Below, in pieces: positions 28,341 to 35,949 of a DNA stretch of 45,839 bases. Numbering within the stretch: the stretch's first letter is position 1; each line of letters begins with the position of its first letter. The notes under the pieces were generated by a model. It saw only the letters and a program-made list of their open reading frames with translations, did no database searches and was not told where the DNA came from. The position numbers and the translations under genes were made by a program. The stretch comes from Candidatus Moraniibacteriota bacterium (GTDB lineage: Bacteria; Patescibacteriota; Minisyncoccia; Moranbacterales; UBA1568). The DNA is taken from contig JBAQCV010000043.1 of NCBI GenBank assembly GCA_049294475.1, forward strand, positions 1-45,839, written 5' to 3'.

Positions 28341-28718
28341 CTAGCAGCCTGTCGGAAACACCGCACCGAGATTAGTCAATGTCGTTCCGACACAGGTTGC
28401 GGCGGCAGCGGCATATGGCGTGACCGCAGTTACGGTGACGGTACCGAAAGAACCATCAGCAACACAGGCACCTGCCGTAGTAACATCGACGCCCGGAGGC
28501 GGTACAAGTCCGGCCTCGGAAATATCACCGGCAGTCCCCTCATCACATTCGATGATATACGCAGGAACCAAGCTTGATGCGGCAGACTTGAAAGCAGCTA
28601 TCTGAGCTTTTGTTCTTGCGCTGTTCAGACTCACCAACACGATAGAAGCGAGAATACCGATGATCGCGATAACGATCAAGAGTTCGATCAAGGTAAAACC
28701 TTTTTTCATATTTTTCAT
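28341..28718 (-). CDS. Type IV pilin paralog 1 (likely major pilin)
   Basis: [32 protein letters not shown] strong GGAGGTG lies 8 nt upstream of the ATG at 28718. The ORF-track start at 28727 is a GTG. The gene has its own promoter and terminator. Confidence 0.85.
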   Translation of the reverse strand: MKNMKKGFTLIELLIVIAIIGILASIVLVSLNSARTKAQIAAFKSAASSLVPAYIIECDEGTAGDISEAGLVPPPGVDVTTAGACVADGSFGTVTVTAVTPYAAAAATCVGTTLTNLGAVFPTGC

Positions 28719-28795
28719 AGTATTCACCTCCTTCTATTTTTGTTTTTATTTCTTAGCCGCTTGAGAGTCTTCGAAGAGCCTCTCAAACTGTTTCT

Positions 28796-28824
28796 ATTGT
28801 ACATCATTCCGACACGCCTGTAAA
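28796..28824 (-). promoter_or_regulatory. Putative promoter of pilin paralog 1
   Basis: Minus strand carries TTTACA (28824-28819), a 17-nt spacer and TACAAT (28801-28796). The predicted leader starts with hairpin TTGAGAG/CTCTCAA (28761-28786). Confidence 0.4.
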
Positions 28825-28835
28825 CATTCCTGTCA

Positions 28836-28904
28836 ACCCCGTTAGAGAATGCTGCGCCTTCAGCGTGACTTCAGTCGCTTGCAGCAGCTTTTCTCTAACG
28901 GGGT
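28836..28904 (-). other. 69-nt extended hairpin between pilC and the pilin promoter
   Basis: Perfect 14-bp arms ACCCCGTTAGAGAA (28836-28849) / TTCTCTAACGGGGT (28891-28904), plus inner TGCTGC/GCAGCA (28850-28855 / 28881-28886). Confidence 0.6.
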
Positions 28905-28917
28905 CACACCCCTCTCT

Positions 28918-30126
28918 CTACAGCTGTCCGGCGATATTGTAGATAGGCATCAGGACGCCCACGACCAGCACTCCCACACCGAGACCGAGCAACACGATCA
29001 GCACCGGTTCGATGAGCGTAGTCAGATTCTTCGTCGTAGACTCGACTTCTTGGCCATAGAATGTCCCGACGCTCTTCAGCACCTGGGATAACGAACCAGT
29101 CTCTTCGCCGATGCGGACCATCTGCGAGACGATCGGCGGCATTTCCGGGGTACGCAGGAATACCGCGCTCATGACACCGCCTGTCCTCACCTCATCCGCG
29201 GCTCTCATGACGACTTTGCGGAATACCTGATTCCCGATCACTTCGCTCACGATCGTGAGCGCGTGTACGACCGGGATACCGCCGTTGAGCAGAGCGCTCA
29301 GATTGTCAGCGAAACGCGCGATATAGATATTGCGGGCCAAGATGCCGATGATGGGAATTTTCAGCACGATGATTTCCCATTCGCGACGTCCGGCCTCCGA
29401 ACGGATATAGTAGAAGAGGGATACGATGCCGGCCAGCATCACCAGGAGCACGGCCCACCAGTACTGGCTCATGAAATCCCCGATTCCGATAAGCACCGCC
29501 GTATACCACGGGATAGCGACGTTCAGGTCCTTGATAAGCACGGTGATCTTCGGCAGGATGAATGTCACGACCAGGAATCCGACGATGAACGCCACCATAA
29601 GGACGAACACCGGATAATAGAGCGCGCCTCGGATCTTCGACGTCAGCTGATAATTCTTCTCGATATTGTCCGCTACGAAACTCACGGATTTCTGCAGGCT
29701 GCCGGAAATCTCTCCGGCGCGGATCATATTGATGGTCAAGACGGAAAAAACGTCCGCGTGCTTCTCCAGCGCATCGGAGAATGACATGCCGTCCTCGATA
29801 TCGTCCCGCACTTCCTTGATGATGATGCGCATGTACCTGTTCTCCGACTGTTCTCCGATGGTATTGAGCGACGGGACGATAGGCACGCGCGCATCGATCA
29901 GCGTCGCCAGCTGACGGAAGAATACCATCAGCTCCTTCTGGCTCACGCCCTCGAAGATCCGCTGCAGATTTTTCATGAACGCCTGGGAATCCCGCTGTTC
30001 TTTGACCGTGATGGGTGTCAGGCCGTTTTTCTCGAGAATCTGGGCCGCCGCTTCCCACGTCAGCGCTTCCACCAGTCCTTCGCGGACCTGACCCTCGTTA
30101 TTCTTCGCTTTGAATGAGAATTTCAT
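28918..30126 (-). CDS. pilC: Type IV pilus platform protein PilC (GspF family)
   Basis: The 402-aa product has two GspF repeats (e.g. LSxxLxxGIPxxxAL) and three TM segments. Confidence 0.93.
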   Translation of the reverse strand: MKFSFKAKNNEGQVREGLVEALTWEAAAQILEKNGLTPITVKEQRDSQAFMKNLQRIFEGVSQKELMVFFRQLATLIDARVPIVPSLNTIGEQSENRYMRIIIKEVRDDIEDGMSFSDALEKHADVFSVLTINMIRAGEISGSLQKSVSFVADNIEKNYQLTSKIRGALYYPVFVLMVAFIVGFLVVTFILPKITVLIKDLNVAIPWYTAVLIGIGDFMSQYWWAVLLVMLAGIVSLFYYIRSEAGRREWEIIVLKIPIIGILARNIYIARFADNLSALLNGGIPVVHALTIVSEVIGNQVFRKVVMRAADEVRTGGVMSAVFLRTPEMPPIVSQMVRIGEETGSLSQVLKSVGTFYGQEVESTTKNLTTLIEPVLIVLLGLGVGVLVVGVLMPIYNIAGQL

Positions 30127-30127
30127 A

Positions 30128-30253
30128 CCCGGTAGTGAAACTTCGACAACTTTTCTTTTATGAGTTGTAGAAATTTAAATTAATGTGGCTTATTCCGCTT
30201 ATGTTCAATATTTTACCCCCATTCTGGAATCCAGTCGAAGTTCTACTACCGGG
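30128..30253 (-). repeat. 20-bp inverted repeat pair bracketing the pilT-pilC spacer
   Basis: CCCGGTAGTGAAACTTCGAC (30128-30147) against the reverse complement of GTCGAAGTTCTACTACCGGG (30234-30253) matches at 18 of 20 positions. The spacer is 86 nt and AT-rich. The proximal arm ends 1 nt from the pilC ATG. Confidence 0.7.
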
Positions 30254-30295
30254 CATACTGCTCGCGTTAACATATGGTTATTATACGACACAATG

Positions 30296-31375
30296 CTATT
30301 CCTTGCTCATCAACATCTGGAGATATTCGCGATTCTTTGCGTAGACGAAAGCATCGTTGACGGTAATCAGCCCCCGGCGCACCAGATCCGCCAGGACGCG
30401 GTCGAGGGACATCATGCCCTCTTTCAACCCCGTCTCGATGACCGAATCCAGCTGATGGATCTTATTCTCGCGTATGAGATTCTCGACGGCGTGATTCTTG
30501 AACATGATCTCCACCGCCGGGATGCGTCCGCCGCCGACACGGGGGATCAGGCGCTGCGACATGACTCCGAGCAGCACGCTCGCGAGCTGGGAGCGTATCT
30601 GATTCTGCTGATGGGACGGGAACACGTCGATGATGCGGTCGATCGTCTGCGCGCTGTCGTTCGTATGGAGCGTCGCGAAGATCAGGTGTCCGGTCTCGGC
30701 CGCCGTCATCGCCGTGCTGATCGTCTCCAGGTCGCGGAGCTCTCCGAGCAGCACCACGTTGGCATCCTCGCGGAACACGGCGCGCAGAGCATCCGGGAAA
30801 TTCTTCGCATCGCGGCCTATCTCGCGCTGATTGATGATGCATCGGTCCTGATTGTAGACGAATTCTATCGGATCCTCGATGGTCACGATGTGCTTCTCCT
30901 GATTGTGGTTGATATAGTCGATGATGGCGGCGAGCGTCGTCGATTTGCCGTGCCCGACCGGACCGGTGATCAGCACCAGGCCCTGGGAATAATTCGCGAA
31001 ACCGTAGAGCGAGGTCGGGATGGAGAGTTCTTCGAGGTTGCGCAGACGATCCATGACGAAACGCATCGTGACGCTCACATAGCCCTTCTGGAAAAAGACG
31101 TTGGTGCGGAAACGCATCTGATCATCGAAATTGTATGAAAAATCGGTCTGACCAACCGCGATGAGCTCTTGTTTCTTGTCCTCGGTCAGCAGCACGTCGG
31201 AGAGCGCTTTCGTATCGGCCGGCGTGAGCAGCCTCTCCTGGGTGATGGGATGCAGTTTCCCGTCGATGCGGAGCGTCGGATACCGTCCGACGACCAGATG
31301 CAAATCAGACGCTCCCTGCTGTCCGACGAGCAAGAGGAGATTCTTCAGGCGTTGCTCTACATGCAATGTCTCCAT
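30296..31375 (-). CDS. pilT: Twitching-motility retraction ATPase PilT
   Basis: The 359-aa product has ASDLHL, Walker A GPVGHGKSTTLAA, the Asp box and His box (TGHLIFATLHTN). Confidence 0.93.
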   Translation of the reverse strand: METLHVEQRLKNLLLLVGQQGASDLHLVVGRYPTLRIDGKLHPITQERLLTPADTKALSDVLLTEDKKQELIAVGQTDFSYNFDDQMRFRTNVFFQKGYVSVTMRFVMDRLRNLEELSIPTSLYGFANYSQGLVLITGPVGHGKSTTLAAIIDYINHNQEKHIVTIEDPIEFVYNQDRCIINQREIGRDAKNFPDALRAVFREDANVVLLGELRDLETISTAMTAAETGHLIFATLHTNDSAQTIDRIIDVFPSHQQNQIRSQLASVLLGVMSQRLIPRVGGGRIPAVEIMFKNHAVENLIRENKIHQLDSVIETGLKEGMMSLDRVLADLVRRGLITVNDAFVYAKNREYLQMLMSKE

Positions 31376-31382
31376 GGGAAAG

Positions 31383-31463
31383 GAATTATGAATGGTGAAT
31401 TATGGATAAAGAAAAAAATACGGATGCTCTCTATTCATGATTCCCGATTCCTGATTCATTATG
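31383..31463 (-). repeat. Heptamer-built inverted repeat immediately upstream of pilT
   Basis: GAATTAT GAATGGT GAATTAT (31383-31403) faces CTATTCA TGATTCC CGATTCC TGATTCA (31431-31458). The proximal arm ends 7 nt before the pilT ATG. Confidence 0.7.
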
Positions 31464-31493
31464 TTCTACAGTATACCACAAAAATATGCTTTT

Positions 31494-33185
31494 TCATGCT
31501 TCATCGACCAGTATCTTGCCCTCCGTCACACGCTCGATTTCGGCAAGCGTCGTGATACCCTTCAGCGCCTTGAGAATACCATCCTGCTTCATGCTCGACA
31601 TCCCTTGTCGCGCCGCCGCCTTGCGCACTTCCGGCTCGCTTCCTTTCTTGTCGGAAATGATCTCACGCAGGTCGTCGTTGATTTCTATGACTTCATATAT
31701 GGCGACACGTCCCTTGTACCCGGACTGACCGCACTTGTCGCAGCCCTTGCCATGATAAAAAAGAATCTCCTGTTTCCGATCAAGCCCGTATGCCGCGATT
31801 TCCCCTGGCGCGATCGCATCGAACAATCCTTGGATGTTTTTTTTCTGGAGTGCGGTAAGCGGGAATGCCGCTCGGCAATGATCGCAGATACGCCGCACCA
31901 GACGCTGTGCCGCCACCACCTGGAGAGATGAGGAAAGCAGAAAAGACTCGACGCCCATATCTATCAGGCGCGGGATAGCGCCGATAGCGTCATTCGTATG
32001 GAGCGTGGAGAGCACCAGATGTCCTGTCAGTGCCGCATGGATGGAGAGTTCCGCCGTTTCGCCATCGCGGATCTCGCCGACCATGATGATATTGGGGTCC
32101 TGCCGCAGGATGGAGCGTAGTCCGGTCGCGAATGTATATCCGATTTCCGGCTTGATCTGGCTCTGATTGATTCCCTCGACATAATACTCGACGGGATCTT
32201 CCAGCGTGATGATGTTGCGCTCTTCCTTGTTCAAGATCTGGAGAAACGCATAGAGCGTCGTCGATTTCCCTGATCCGGTAGGCCCAGTGATGAGAATGAT
32301 GCCGAACGGCTCGCGGATACGCCGCTCGAGAACGGAACGGTTTCGCCCCCAGAGTCCGAGTTTCTCGAGATCCGTCGAGTTGGCGCTCTTATCCAGCACG
32401 CGCATCACTATTTTTTCTCCGTCGATGACCGGCAGGCTGGAAACGCGCAGATCGACGGCATTTCCCTCCTCGCCCTCGAAACGGAAGCGTCCGTCCTGCG
32501 GCTTGCGTTTCTCATCGATCTTGAGATTCGCGAGGATCTTGATGCGCGAAATGACGGCCCGGCCTATCTCGATCGGAAAGACCAGCTGGGAACGGAGGAT
32601 GCCGTCGACACGGAAACGCACGCGGAAACTCCCCTCGATAGGCTCGATATGGATATCGCTGGCCCGGCCATCGAGAGCGTGCTTCACGATCACTTCTACC
32701 AGCTTGGTGATCGGCGCGTCCTGGAACACTTCCGCATCCTTGTTCTTTTGTTTCTCTTCTTTGAATTCCGTGATCTCCTCGGAATCCCTTTTCAGCGAAA
32801 AAATGGCCTCTTTCAAGGCTATGTCGGTCCCGGTGTAGTGTTTCGCGATGTCAGAAAAGACTTTCTTCGAAGCGGCATATATCTCGATGCTGACATGCTC
32901 TTTCTCGGCGAGAAAACGCAGCACATTGAGCGCCTCGAAATCCTGCGGATTCACCATGGCGACGGACAGGGTGTTCTTGTCCTTGCGGAACGACACCATG
33001 CCGTACTTTTTCGCGGTATCCTCAGGAATGACGGCGAGAACGGCTTTGTCTATCTCTCTTGGCGCCTCCGGAAGAGATGGCACTCCGAATGCCTGCGCCG
33101 GTGCCGCTATGGCCGCACCATCAGTTCCGCTCGTCTCATCTTTGGTTTTTTGCGACAATGCGTCCGGCATAGTGGCCCGCTTCAT
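31494..33185 (-). CDS. pilB: Type IV pilus assembly ATPase PilB (GspE family)
   Basis: The 563-aa product has an N-terminal GSPII_E_N-like region, Walker A GPTGSGKSTTLYA, TGHLVLSTLHTN and the tetracysteine CDHC...CDKC. Confidence 0.95.
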   Translation of the reverse strand: MKRATMPDALSQKTKDETSGTDGAAIAAPAQAFGVPSLPEAPREIDKAVLAVIPEDTAKKYGMVSFRKDKNTLSVAMVNPQDFEALNVLRFLAEKEHVSIEIYAASKKVFSDIAKHYTGTDIALKEAIFSLKRDSEEITEFKEEKQKNKDAEVFQDAPITKLVEVIVKHALDGRASDIHIEPIEGSFRVRFRVDGILRSQLVFPIEIGRAVISRIKILANLKIDEKRKPQDGRFRFEGEEGNAVDLRVSSLPVIDGEKIVMRVLDKSANSTDLEKLGLWGRNRSVLERRIREPFGIILITGPTGSGKSTTLYAFLQILNKEERNIITLEDPVEYYVEGINQSQIKPEIGYTFATGLRSILRQDPNIIMVGEIRDGETAELSIHAALTGHLVLSTLHTNDAIGAIPRLIDMGVESFLLSSSLQVVAAQRLVRRICDHCRAAFPLTALQKKNIQGLFDAIAPGEIAAYGLDRKQEILFYHGKGCDKCGQSGYKGRVAIYEVIEINDDLREIISDKKGSEPEVRKAAARQGMSSMKQDGILKALKGITTLAEIERVTEGKILVDEA

Positions 33186-33223
33186 ATAAAATATATCCTT
33201 CCGTCATCGTATGCCGCAGGTGA

Positions 33224-34006
33224 TCATTGAAACGGGTTGGGCTTGCCGGTCTGGCCTTTCTCAAGCACCGGGACAGCATCAGTGATCCGACTGGTCAGCG
33301 TGTTCAGACCGGAAAGATCGAAGTTCGAGCGCGAGAAAATCGGTATGTCGAGGGCTGAAATCACGGGCTTCGTAGGCAGATAGCCAAAATCTGCCGCAAA
33401 CGTCCCCTTCAGATCGGACGTATTCACCACGCCTTCGGGAGAGACTGATTGCGCATCGATGCCGATAGAGAACAGGCGAACTTTCTGAAAACGTTCTATG
33501 TGAGCGAGACGGTCGAAAAACGCTTTGATGTTCTCATACGATCCCCTGACGCTCCCCGTAAGAATAAATGTCTTGGCCGTCACGACGGGGACGATCGTCG
33601 GTGCGGAACCTGGAGCCGCATTCGCTCCGGTCACGAATGTGCTCTCGGCAGGAGTGAGCAGCGCTTCCTCGCGGATCGCAGCCGGCGGCTGTTTCAGATC
33701 CATCTCCGTAATAACCAGTCCGGACTGCGTGGCAAGAAAATTGAAGGCGTCTATGACGCGATCCTGATCGAGGGTTTCCGGCAGATAACGATACGCGAAT
33801 TTTTCGGAATCCCGTGCTTCATCGAGAGACTTGTTCAGGGAACCGATATTGGCTAGAACGGTGTCTATATTCGCCACTAGGGCATTTTTGGCGACGACCT
33901 CGGCCTTTTTCAATTGTATGGTTTCGAGATCAGGCTTGATATATCCGATACCGAGAACAAGTATCATGACCACGAGAAAAGGCACGATGAGTATTTTCAG
34001 CCGCAT
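33224..34006 (-). CDS. PilO-like pilus alignment protein (by position and topology)
   Basis: The 260-aa product has an N-terminal TM followed by coiled-coil. It is third in the pilM-N-O order. No strong sequence motif was recognised. Confidence 0.5.
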   Translation of the reverse strand: MRLKILIVPFLVVMILVLGIGYIKPDLETIQLKKAEVVAKNALVANIDTVLANIGSLNKSLDEARDSEKFAYRYLPETLDQDRVIDAFNFLATQSGLVITEMDLKQPPAAIREEALLTPAESTFVTGANAAPGSAPTIVPVVTAKTFILTGSVRGSYENIKAFFDRLAHIERFQKVRLFSIGIDAQSVSPEGVVNTSDLKGTFAADFGYLPTKPVISALDIPIFSRSNFDLSGLNTLTSRITDAVPVLEKGQTGKPNPFQ

Positions 34007-34029
34007 AATGATTTGGAAAAAATTATGAG

Positions 34030-34557
34030 TTAATCGAGCTTGGCCTTGAAGGAAAACGCGATCCGCCCTTCCTTGGTCCGCTTGAGCGAATCAACCGTGA
34101 CATTCGTAAAAGGCTTTTCCGACTTGAGACTGATGATCTGCTGCGCGACATACTTGAAGTTTTCCGTCTCTCCGGACACGACAACGGTTTTTTCCATCAC
34201 ATCATACCGGTATTCCGTCAGTCTGACGTTCGGAACGGTCAATCCTTCCAACTGGGTGAGAAGCTTCTGGGAATCGGCGGATTCGCCCTGCAGCTGTTTT
34301 CCAATAAGCGATAGACGGGAATCGAAAGTTGCCACGCGATCGACATCCTTTCCCTGCAAACGCAAAGAGTTCTCCGCAATCACGCTGTCGATACTTGCCA
34401 GCTTGTCATTCAGGGTCATGATATACCAGCGCATACCGACCCAACTGGCGACTACCAAGAAAAAAATAGTGAGAATTATAGAAAAAGACCCATCAAATAT
34501 TCCGCTCCGTCCCTCTTTTTGCTCGATCTTCGATGAGGAAAGATTCATTCCAGCCAT
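34030..34557 (-). CDS. PilN-like pilus alignment protein (by position and topology)
   Basis: The 175-aa product has a short cytoplasmic N-terminus, a single TM (FSIILTIFFLVVASWVGMRWYI) and a periplasmic alpha/beta part. It lies directly after pilM. Confidence 0.5.
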   Translation of the reverse strand: MAGMNLSSSKIEQKEGRSGIFDGSFSIILTIFFLVVASWVGMRWYIMTLNDKLASIDSVIAENSLRLQGKDVDRVATFDSRLSLIGKQLQGESADSQKLLTQLEGLTVPNVRLTEYRYDVMEKTVVVSGETENFKYVAQQIISLKSEKPFTNVTVDSLKRTKEGRIAFSFKAKLD

Positions 34558-34620
34558 CGCTTTGTGTTTTAATGTTTATGATGTTGCCAACCGCGCGCGT
34601 ACCTGATGAAAGTATAGCAC

Positions 34621-35751
34621 CTATATCTTTTTCAGGAAAATCTCTTTCAGGGAAAATTTCTTTTTCGGCGGCGTGTACTGCCCTTTCTTCTCTTTTTTCC
34701 GGAGAATCGTGTCGGTGCCATGGAGAGCCAGCCCGAGCGCTACGGCGAATGAGGGTCCGAATCCCTGGATTTTTTTCGCAAGCCTCGGATCGTACTGTAC
34801 GTTTTTCCATGGATCACCGAGCGTGACGGGAAGCTTCAGGAGATTCGTATAATACTGCACCAGCCCGGAAAATTTCGCGGTTCCGCCGGAAAGTATCACC
34901 CCCTTGCATTGTACCCCAGAATGCTTCGTTTGATAAGAGGCCAGCATCCGCTTCGCTTCGCTCGCGATCATCTGAAGCGATGGAAACGTCAAAGCCGCTT
35001 CCGGAGCCATAAGGAAGTCCTTGCCGCTTCTCTTCAATATCTTCGCCCGGTCGAGCGTGATACTGAGGCTTTCTGCGAGCACGCGGGTGATATCCCTGCC
35101 TCCGACATCCAGATTACGGCTTACTTTCACCAGGCCGTCTTCGACCAGGAGAAGATTCGTCGCTCGCGAACCGATATCGATGAGGAGTGTCAGTCCCGGT
35201 TCCCGACCGACGATGGAACGCACGATGGAAAATGTCTCCAATTCCAGAAAATCAAGGGTGAGTTTCGCGCTGGCGATGTACCGTTCATAGCGTGCGACTT
35301 CCTTGTTGAGCGCGGCGACGAGCAGCACTTCCATCCGTTTCCCGCTCTCCGGGACATCGCGCATGCCGACGACTTCCCAGCTGAGCGCCACGTCGTCGAG
35401 CGAAGAAGGGATATATTTGTGCGCCTCGAAACGGACGGCTTCCTGAAGCTCGGCTTCCTCCATCGGAGGAAACTCGATAAGCGAAATCAGCCCGATGAAC
35501 GCCGGCATCGCCACGTTGGCCGAACGGCTCTTCGGCTTCATATGCTCCAACAGCGTCTTCAGGTGGAGCACTATCTCCTCATCATACGAACGTCCCTGCG
35601 GCGGCGTCCCTTTTTCCAGATCCGCCAGACTCACCTGTCCGTAATTCACGAGAACCGGGCGATTATTCTCGACGGCAAGCTCCACCGCCTTGATAGAGGC
35701 CGTACCGAAATCGATACCCAAGAAACGTGGTCTTCCGAAACCGAATGCCAT
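34621..35751 (-). CDS. pilM: Type IV pilus assembly protein PilM (actin-like ATPase) with basic C-terminal tail
   Basis: LGIDFGTASIKAVEL (phosphate-1 motif), IDIGSRATNL and ILSGGTAKFSGL are present. Confidence 0.85.
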   Translation of the reverse strand: MAFGFGRPRFLGIDFGTASIKAVELAVENNRPVLVNYGQVSLADLEKGTPPQGRSYDEEIVLHLKTLLEHMKPKSRSANVAMPAFIGLISLIEFPPMEEAELQEAVRFEAHKYIPSSLDDVALSWEVVGMRDVPESGKRMEVLLVAALNKEVARYERYIASAKLTLDFLELETFSIVRSIVGREPGLTLLIDIGSRATNLLLVEDGLVKVSRNLDVGGRDITRVLAESLSITLDRAKILKRSGKDFLMAPEAALTFPSLQMIASEAKRMLASYQTKHSGVQCKGVILSGGTAKFSGLVQYYTNLLKLPVTLGDPWKNVQYDPRLAKKIQGFGPSFAVALGLALHGTDTILRKKEKKGQYTPPKKKFSLKEIFLKKI

Positions 35752-35785
35752 ATATTTCTATTTGTTTGTCTTCGAATGTGTTTTC

Positions 35786-35814
35786 AGTATACCATATTTT
35801 TTACAAGCATTCAA
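35786..35814 (-). promoter_or_regulatory. Putative promoter of the pilM... operon
   Basis: Minus strand carries TTGAAT (35814-35809), a 17-nt spacer and TATACT (35791-35786), about 35 nt upstream of the pilM ATG. Confidence 0.45.
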
Positions 35815-35897
35815 AAATCACCGCGCGTGACCGGACGGTCGCCATCGCGCATGAGACACAAGCGTCAGCTGTCGATCACCGATGCTGCTTGTCCCGT

Positions 35898-35926
35898 TTG
35901 ACAGTATCCTTGAGAAAAAATACAAT
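35898..35926 (+). promoter_or_regulatory. Near-consensus sigma70 promoter of clpC
   Basis: TTGACA (35898-35903), a 17-nt spacer and TACAAT (35921-35926). Confidence 0.5.
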
Positions 35927-35949
35927 GGATGCACTCATCATCCGTACGT

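Noticed and set aside
29306-30058. 250-aa same-strand alternate-frame ORF inside pilC
   Set aside because: The translation is Arg/Gly/Pro-rich and low-complexity. The pilC frame gives a textbook GspF-family protein. I see no signal for overlapping-gene usage.
34909-35901. 330-aa plus-strand ORF
   Set aside because: It is antisense to pilM and would run through the pilM promoter region. No motifs were recognised.
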